NCBI GenBank assembly: GCA_020348925.1
Contig: CP070758.1
Location: forward strand, 563,581-576,368
Reading direction: 5' to 3'
DNA: 12,788 nucleotides
Origin: Gemmatimonadota bacterium
GTDB lineage: Bacteria > JBHIER01 > G020348925
The notes below the pieces were generated by a model. It made no database searches. It was not told the DNA's origin and saw nothing but the letters and a program-made list of their open reading frames with translations. Made by a program: the position numbers and the translations under genes. Below, piece after piece: positions 8,131-12,788 of this stretch (positions are counted from its first letter, which is position 1; every line of letters begins with the position of its first letter).

Positions 8131-8844
8131 ATGGAAATGAATAGGAAAACTGCTGCTTCAATAAGGGCCGGGATTGGCCTGCAAAACGAGCGGTCTCTCC
8201 ACGCTGCCATCAAAGAATGGTACTCACGTCCAGACGATCGTTTCGAAGTTATGGTTGACAATTATGTCGTCGATATCGTGCGAGACGATGTGCTCATTGA
8301 AATTCAGACGAAGAATCTTTCGGCCATTCATCGAAAACTGAGAGCGTTGATTCAGAATCATCCTGTCCGTTTGGTTTATCCGATACCGGAGGAGAAGTGG
8401 ATCGTCCGGGTTTCAAAATCCGGCGAAAAGATATTGAGCAGTCGAAAATCTCCTAAGAGGGGAAAATTGTCTGAGATCTTTGAAGAAGTCGTGTATATCC
8501 CCGGTCTTTTAAAGGAAGATCATTTCACCCTTGAAGTCCTGATGATTCAGGAGGAAGAGGTACGATGTGATGATGGCAAAGGGAGCTGGTGGAGAAAGGG
8601 TGTGAGCATAGTCGACAGACGATTAATTGATGTTGTGGAACAAATCCGGTTCAGCGACACGAAAGATTTTGGACGGTTTTTACCGAGAACGTTAGCTGTG
8701 CCCTTTACGAATAAAATGCTTGCTGAGGAGAGGGGTGAATCGGTCTCTCTGGCCCAGAAGATGACGTATTGTCTCAAGAAAATGGGATTGTTGAAAGAGG
8801 TAGGGAAGAAGGGCAATGAGTTATTGTTTGAGATAGTAAGATGA
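8131..8844 (+). CDS. Hypothetical protein; putative PD-(D/E)XK-fold nuclease-like N-domain with a winged-helix-like C-terminus
   Basis: 237 aa. The pattern helix-E (ERSLHAAIKEWY), then beta-strand D (NYVVDIVRDD), then hhhExQxK (VLIEIQTKN) is characteristic of restriction-endonuclease-fold and Rpn/YhgA-like proteins. The C-terminal LAQKMTYCLKKMGLLKEVGKKGNELLFEI looks like a wHTH. The family is not identified and the assignment is inferential. Confidence 0.55.
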   Translation: MEMNRKTAASIRAGIGLQNERSLHAAIKEWYSRPDDRFEVMVDNYVVDIVRDDVLIEIQTKNLSAIHRKLRALIQNHPVRLVYPIPEEKWIVRVSKSGEKILSSRKSPKRGKLSEIFEEVVYIPGLLKEDHFTLEVLMIQEEEVRCDDGKGSWWRKGVSIVDRRLIDVVEQIRFSDTKDFGRFLPRTLAVPFTNKMLAEERGESVSLAQKMTYCLKKMGLLKEVGKKGNELLFEIVR

Positions 8845-8899
8845 GATGAAACGATTCGCAGGGGGGGTACCATTTCCATCATATGAGAAAATTAAAAGG

Positions 8900-9316
8900 T
8901 TCATCTTCTTTTTCTTTACTGGCCAAAGAAAAAGTGTATTCGCTTTGCTCAACACTTCCAAGGGGCTCTCGCCCCTATGGCGGATTTCAGTGTTCAACCA
9001 GCTCACATCGATATTCTGTTACCCCTCGGAGGAAAGCACATTCTTTCCTCCGAACCACCTGATGTACATCTTGAAAATTTACACAATTTCCAAGATGCAT
9101 AAGAATCAAAAAGAAAGACCAGCCCAAAGCCTTCGCCGAGACCGTCAACGGCTCACGGCACTGTTTTTTCAAAACTCATCCCGCTTTCGCGGGATTCAGA
9201 CACGGAAAAAACGAAAGCCTGTCCTGAGCAGTTCGACTTCGCTCACTATAAACTTTGTCGAAGGGCTCCGTTCGCCTGTCGGTCTAACGGCTCAGGCTTC
9301 AGGGCATTGAAGAGTC
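8900..9316. repeat. Intergenic mosaic repeat family, copy 3 (417 bp; copy-1 backbone with a ~170-bp insert and a duplicated hybrid 3' module)
   Basis: Opens TTCATCTTCTTTTTCTTTACTGGCCAAAGAAAAAG. A 170-bp insert spans 8937-9106. The sequence then resumes CAAAAAGAAAGACCAGCCCAAAGCCTTCGCCGAG...CCCGCTTTCGCGGG.... The 3' end holds both a copy-2-like unit (GACTTCGCTCACT...) and a copy-1-like unit (GTTCGCCTGTCGGTCTAACGGCTCAGGCTTCAGGGCATTGAAGAG). Confidence 0.6.
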
Positions 9317-9395
9317 GATGCATTATCATAGTACAATTTCTTATGGTTCTTGATTATGAAAGTTATACCATCATGTCTGACATTCCTTAAGTTGA

Positions 9396-9634
9396 TTTAT
9401 TTAATCTGATTAATTCATGAAGTACTATGCAGACGAATGCACAGCTCTTGCGAAACCGGTGCTGCATGCAGATTTATCCACTCCACAAGGCCATACTGGC
9501 CTTGTTCCGGTCGAAATGACAGAAGGTGTCATTCTGAGCGGAGCGAAGCGAAGCCGAAGAATCTGAATGGTAACTGCTTGCATATTACGTGTATGGCATA
9601 CAACGATATGTTTGTGATTAATTCAGATTAATAA
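9396..9634. mobile_element. MITE-like insert, ~240 bp, bounded by imperfect inverted repeats (TTAATCTGATTAATTCA ... TGATTAATTCAGATTAA) and carrying one inverted REP-like element
   Basis: The left IR lies at 9396-9412 and the right IR at about 9615-9634. The interior holds GTCATTCTGAGCGGAGCGAAGCGAAGCCGAAGAATC (9528-9563), which is the reverse complement of the 5786 and 10684 elements. No ORF of its own. Confidence 0.4.
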
Positions 9635-9640
9635 CCAATA

Positions 9641-9655
9641 CATTCTTGTGAGAAC
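9641..9655 (+). promoter_or_regulatory. Shared 15-mer CATTCTTGTGAGAAC, copy 2, 39 nt upstream of the ATG at 9694
   Basis: Exact match to 8091-8105. Followed by an AAGGATAAGGAAA Shine-Dalgarno-like region. Confidence 0.4.
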
Positions 9656-9693
9656 TCAAAGATGTCTTCCATCTGAAAGGATAAGGAAATACG

Positions 9694-10326
9694 ATGTCCG
9701 CAAAACTATGTCCGAAAATTATTCTTGAGGGAACCCGGCTCACACTGAAAACGGACATTGCCTTTGCCCTGAACGAACATCCGCGTATTGTCGGTCCTCG
9801 GAAGTACAGATATCACTCGCCGTTGATCTCGGCGGAATGGTGTGCCTTCACCAACGTTCCCTGGGGACGGGGGCTCATCAATTTCGAGCCGCAGGAGGAG
9901 GATCGGGCCATGGAGACATACAAAACGTGGGCTCGATTGTTCGAGTTGTTGTGTTATTATTCCTGGATCATTGACCGTTTTCATATATCGACCCGGGCGT
10001 ACCAGTTGCAGACGTACGATACAGATTACGATTTCGGCTGGCTGGAGGAGCGACTGGCTGCCCTCGGTTTCCACCTCGTCTTCTGCACACGGACGCCGGA
10101 GTCCTTTGAAGCGGCCCGCGGGGAGAGAATAAAGATATCCGGGAAACCGGATCAGTACGATAATCTGGATGTCTTCATTCGTGAGCAGGAGCTCATGCGC
10201 CGTCTGATCGGTGAGTCCGTTTTACCCACGCTGGAGCTGGACATGTCCGATAGCAATGTGGGATCCGCAGTGGAGAGGATCGCCGACTGGCTGAGGGAGA
10301 CCGGCGGTGCATGGGCAAAAGAGTGA
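9694..10326 (+). CDS. Thymidylate-kinase-like (dNMP kinase fold) protein with a degenerate Walker A motif
   Basis: 210 aa. The N-terminal KIILEGTRLTLKT aligns with the Tmk P-loop h-h-h-EG-x-D-x-[AS]-GKST, but the glycine before the lysine is leucine (GTRLTLKT). The Tmk DR(Y/F/H)xxS..AYQ motif is retained as IDRFHISTRAYQLQ. Either a pseudokinase or a kinase of altered specificity. Confidence 0.55.
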   Translation: MSAKLCPKIILEGTRLTLKTDIAFALNEHPRIVGPRKYRYHSPLISAEWCAFTNVPWGRGLINFEPQEEDRAMETYKTWARLFELLCYYSWIIDRFHISTRAYQLQTYDTDYDFGWLEERLAALGFHLVFCTRTPESFEAARGERIKISGKPDQYDNLDVFIREQELMRRLIGESVLPTLELDMSDSNVGSAVERIADWLRETGGAWAKE

Positions 10327-10683
10327 TCGGAGCATTCAGTGTAACGAGAAAAATATCTTGAACACATTCGATACAGCCTAACCTTAAAAGTTTTGAGATT
10401 TTTACAGACACAACGTCTTTCCATTCGTTCCGAAATCCCCCCAATTTACTCTATTTTTAAATTCTCCAATTAAGTTGACGATATTCTTGATCCATCGACT
10501 CTCCACATGACAGCAAGTATCAATGAGAGTATGAAACTGTTGACTTGCAAAGCCGTCATTTTAATCCCCGGAACAAGCCAAGGGCGGGATTCGGGGAGAT
10601 ATGGCCTTCATCCCTACAGATTCCTCGATTCGGCGGAGCCTGTGCCAGGCTAAATACGTCACGTTAAGGTGTTCGCCATGCCA

Positions 10684-10722
10684 GATTCTTCGACTACGCT
10701 TCGCTTCGCTCAGAATGACAAA
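10684..10722 (+). repeat. ~40-bp REP-like element, copy C
   Basis: The sequence is gattcttcgactacgcttcgcttcgctcagaatgacaaa. Same ends as copy A. The core pentamers are CTACG, CTTCG, CTTCG. Confidence 0.6.
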
Positions 10723-10873
10723 CATGGCTTTTCTGGTGAGTGTTCAATACGAAGGAATGAAAAACGACGTTCAACTTATTTTTTATTAATAACTTGCTGG
10801 AATTTCAGGCTTTTATTTTATCAACCATTTTGGAGAAGAGCCTTAAATTTTTTGAAAATTTGAAAAATCTTCC

Positions 10874-10899
10874 TTTTTTGTGAAAACCTTTTCAAAAAA
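10874..10899. promoter_or_regulatory. A/T-rich imperfect palindrome TTTTTTGTGAAAA-CC-TTTTCAAAAAA upstream of the DUF5916 gene
   Basis: Inverted repeat with a TGTGA...TCA core, about 75 bp upstream of the 10974 ATG. Candidate operator or UP element. Confidence 0.3.
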
Positions 10900-10973
10900 G
10901 CCTGCGTCTAAATGACAAATACATGGGAGTGGGGCTATCTGAATTCATTTTACCATAATAAGGGGGAGCGGAA

Positions 10974-12788
10974 ATGAAGAGATTGTTTTTGTCTGTAGTG
11001 GTATTCGCTGTGGCATTGAACGTATGCTATGGAGACTCCGTAGATTCCCTTTCGATGAAGGACATCGAGGTTCAGGCTATTCGTTTGTCCGAGGAAGTCA
11101 TTGTCGATGGGGTTCTGTCGGAATCCGTGTGGCACAATGGATACTGTATTACTGAATTTACGCAACGGGAGCCCGATGAGTGGGCTGAAGCCACGGAGAA
11201 GACGGAAGTGCGAATTGCTTATGACGACGACGCTCTGTATGTGGGGGCCAGAATGTACGATTCCGCGCCGGACTCCATTATTGCCCGGCTTGGCCGCCGT
11301 GACCAATGGCCCAGCGCCGACTTTTTTCGGTTCTATATCGATCCCTACTACGATCGGCGCAGCGGTTTTTATTTCGGATTGAATGCCGCCGGAACCTGCG
11401 ACGACGGGATTTTGTACAACGACGAGTGGAGCGACGATTCGTGGGACGGTGTGTGGGAGGGGAAAGTCAATATTGACGAATTGGGCTGGACGGCGGAGAT
11501 GCGGATACCCTATTCACAGCTCCGTTTCCAGAAGAAGGACACCTATGTCTGGGGGATCAACTTCAGGCGATGCATTGAAAGGAAACATGAACATGCTTAC
11601 GTCGTCTTTGTGCCGACGGACGGCAGCGGATTCGTCTCCCGCTTTGTCGATTTGGTCGGCATCGATAATATTAATCCGGCCCGTCAAATGGAGATATTAC
11701 CTTACAGCCGGCTGAAGGCCGAGTATGTCCCAGCTGATCCGGACGATCCTTTCAATGACGGCTCGAGATATCCACCTGATGTCGGGGCCGATTTTAAGAT
11801 AGGTCTTGGGAACAATCTGACCTTGGATGCCACAATCAATCCCGATTTCGGGCAGGTTGAGGTCGATCCGGCGGTCATCAATCTGGGTGATGTGGAGACC
11901 TTTTACAGCGAGAAGCGACCTTTCTTCATCGAAGGCTCTTCGATCTTCGAATTCGGATACGGTGGCTCCCGCAACTTTTGGAGTTTCAACTGGAGCGGTC
12001 CGGAGTTCTTCTACAGCAGACGCATTGGCCGGCGTCCTCAGGGAAGTCTTCCCGATCATGATTGGGTTCAGGTTCCGGAAGGAACCCAGATCCTCGGGGC
12101 AACCAAATTGAGCGGAAAGATCGGAAATAACTGGAACGTGGGGACGCTCCTCGCTCTCACAGCCCGTGAGAATGCGAAACTCGATACATCCGGCCATACA
12201 TTTCGGACGGAAGTGGAGCCGCTCACCTATTACGGAGTGGCTCGTGCCCAGAAAGAGATGAACGAGGGGAAGCAGGGGTTGGGCTTCATCTCCACGCTCT
12301 CCAAACGTATGTTTGAGGATGCTCGGCTGAAGGACGATTTCAACGGAGCTGCCGGGACTTTTGGCATCGACGGCTGGACGTTTCTGGACGCCGAGAAGAT
12401 GTGGGTTATCACCGGTTGGGCCGGTATGACGCACGTAAGTGGGAGTATGCAGCGGATGCTGTCCCTTCAGGAAAGCTCCCGGCATTATTTCCAGAGACCG
12501 GACGCTTCCCACGTGAACCTGGACAGCTCGGCGACGTCGATGACCGGCTATGCCGGCCGTATTCTCGTCAATAAGCAAAAGGGGAACATCATTTTTAACA
12601 GTGCTCTCGGGGTGATCGATCCCAAATTTGACTTGAACGACATGGGCTTCATGTGGCGCACGGATGTGATCAACGGTCATCTCGGCGGCGGCTACAAGTG
12701 GACCAAGCCCGGAAAATATACCCGGTACGTTTCGCTGATCGGCGCCGTGTTCCAAAACTACGACTACGGTTGGAACAATACCTGGCGG
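10974..12788 (+). CDS. Secreted DUF5916 / carbohydrate-binding-family-9-like domain protein (3'-partial; continues beyond the window)
   Basis: GGGGGAG Shine-Dalgarno 6 nt upstream of the ATG. Signal peptide MKRLFLSVVVFAVALNVCYG. The frame was translated by hand over 604 codons without a stop. The family-typical stretch is ATINPDFGQVEVDPAVINLGDVETFYSEKRPFFIEGSSIF. The 352-aa ORF 11697-12755 on the opposite strand is judged to be an antisense artefact. Confidence 0.85.
   Translation, partial: MKRLFLSVVVFAVALNVCYGDSVDSLSMKDIEVQAIRLSEEVIVDGVLSESVWHNGYCITEFTQREPDEWAEATEKTEVRIAYDDDALYVGARMYDSAPDSIIARLGRRDQWPSADFFRFYIDPYYDRRSGFYFGLNAAGTCDDGILYNDEWSDDSWDGVWEGKVNIDELGWTAEMRIPYSQLRFQKKDTYVWGINFRRCIERKHEHAYVVFVPTDGSGFVSRFVDLVGIDNINPARQMEILPYSRLKAEYVPADPDDPFNDGSRYPPDVGADFKIGLGNNLTLDATINPDFGQVEVDPAVINLGDVETFYSEKRPFFIEGSSIFEFGYGGSRNFWSFNWSGPEFFYSRRIGRRPQGSLPDHDWVQVPEGTQILGATKLSGKIGNNWNVGTLLALTARENAKLDTSGHTFRTEVEPLTYYGVARAQKEMNEGKQGLGFISTLSKRMFEDARLKDDFNGAAGTFGIDGWTFLDAEKMWVITGWAGMTHVSGSMQRMLSLQESSRHYFQRPDASHVNLDSSATSMTGYAGRILVNKQKGNIIFNSALGVIDPKFDLNDMGFMWRTDVINGHLGGGYKWTKPGKYTRYVSLIGAVFQNYDYGWNNTWR

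Noticed and set aside
9437-9631. 64-aa ORF inside the MITE-like insert, and 10669-10863 containing RFAQNDK
   Set aside because: Both are built across REP-like repeat copies. The peptides ...HSERSEAKPKNL... and ...LRFAQNDK... are translations of the repeat in either orientation. No Shine-Dalgarno.
11697-12755. 352-aa ORF on the minus strand
   Set aside because: It lies entirely antisense to the + strand DUF5916 gene. That gene has a signal peptide, a Shine-Dalgarno and 604 stop-free codons that I translated by hand. Long antisense ORFs are expected in GC-rich coding DNA. No Shine-Dalgarno and no recognisable domain.

Overview
This window looks like an accessory, mosaic region with seven confident coding units separated by unusually long, repeat-laden intergenic spacers. 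From left to right:

- A 5'-partial minus-strand ORF (1-293) ends at the window edge.
- An apparently intact IS3-family insertion sequence sits at about 321-1778. Its minus-strand orfA and orfB are linked by an A7G -1 frameshift site.
- A stand-alone KptA/Tpt1 RNA 2'-phosphotransferase (2141-2746).
- A translationally coupled gene pair. The first gene is an SPFH/band-7 protein fused to three tandem zinc ribbons (3386-4516). The second is an internally duplicated protein with two zinc ribbons (4518-5744).
- A group II PLP-dependent aromatic-L-amino-acid decarboxylase (6174-7616).
- Two small genes that look like mobile cassettes. One is a PD-(D/E)XK-like nuclease with a wHTH-like C-terminus (8131-8844). 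The other is a thymidylate-kinase-like protein with a degenerate P-loop (9694-10326).
- A secreted DUF5916/CBM9-like protein that runs off the right edge (10974-12788).

The most unusual signal is not a protein. A mosaic intergenic repeat family of 200-420 bp occurs in three copies (2909-3109, 7790-8065, 8900-9316). Each copy opens with an A/T-rich hairpin and closes on a conserved 3' module, and the copies delimit the genes like cassette boundaries. Two of the cassette genes also share an identical 15-mer, CATTCTTGTGAGAAC, just upstream of their start codons.

A second, roughly 40-bp REP-like element with a variable (CTYCG)3 core occurs three times, once inverted inside an IR-flanked MITE-like insert. 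It shares the core CGCTTCGCTCA with the large repeat family.

Strong Shine-Dalgarno sequences precede most genes. The taxon cannot be assigned from sequence alone; the DUF5916 gene and the repeat style would fit the FCB group, but that is inference.
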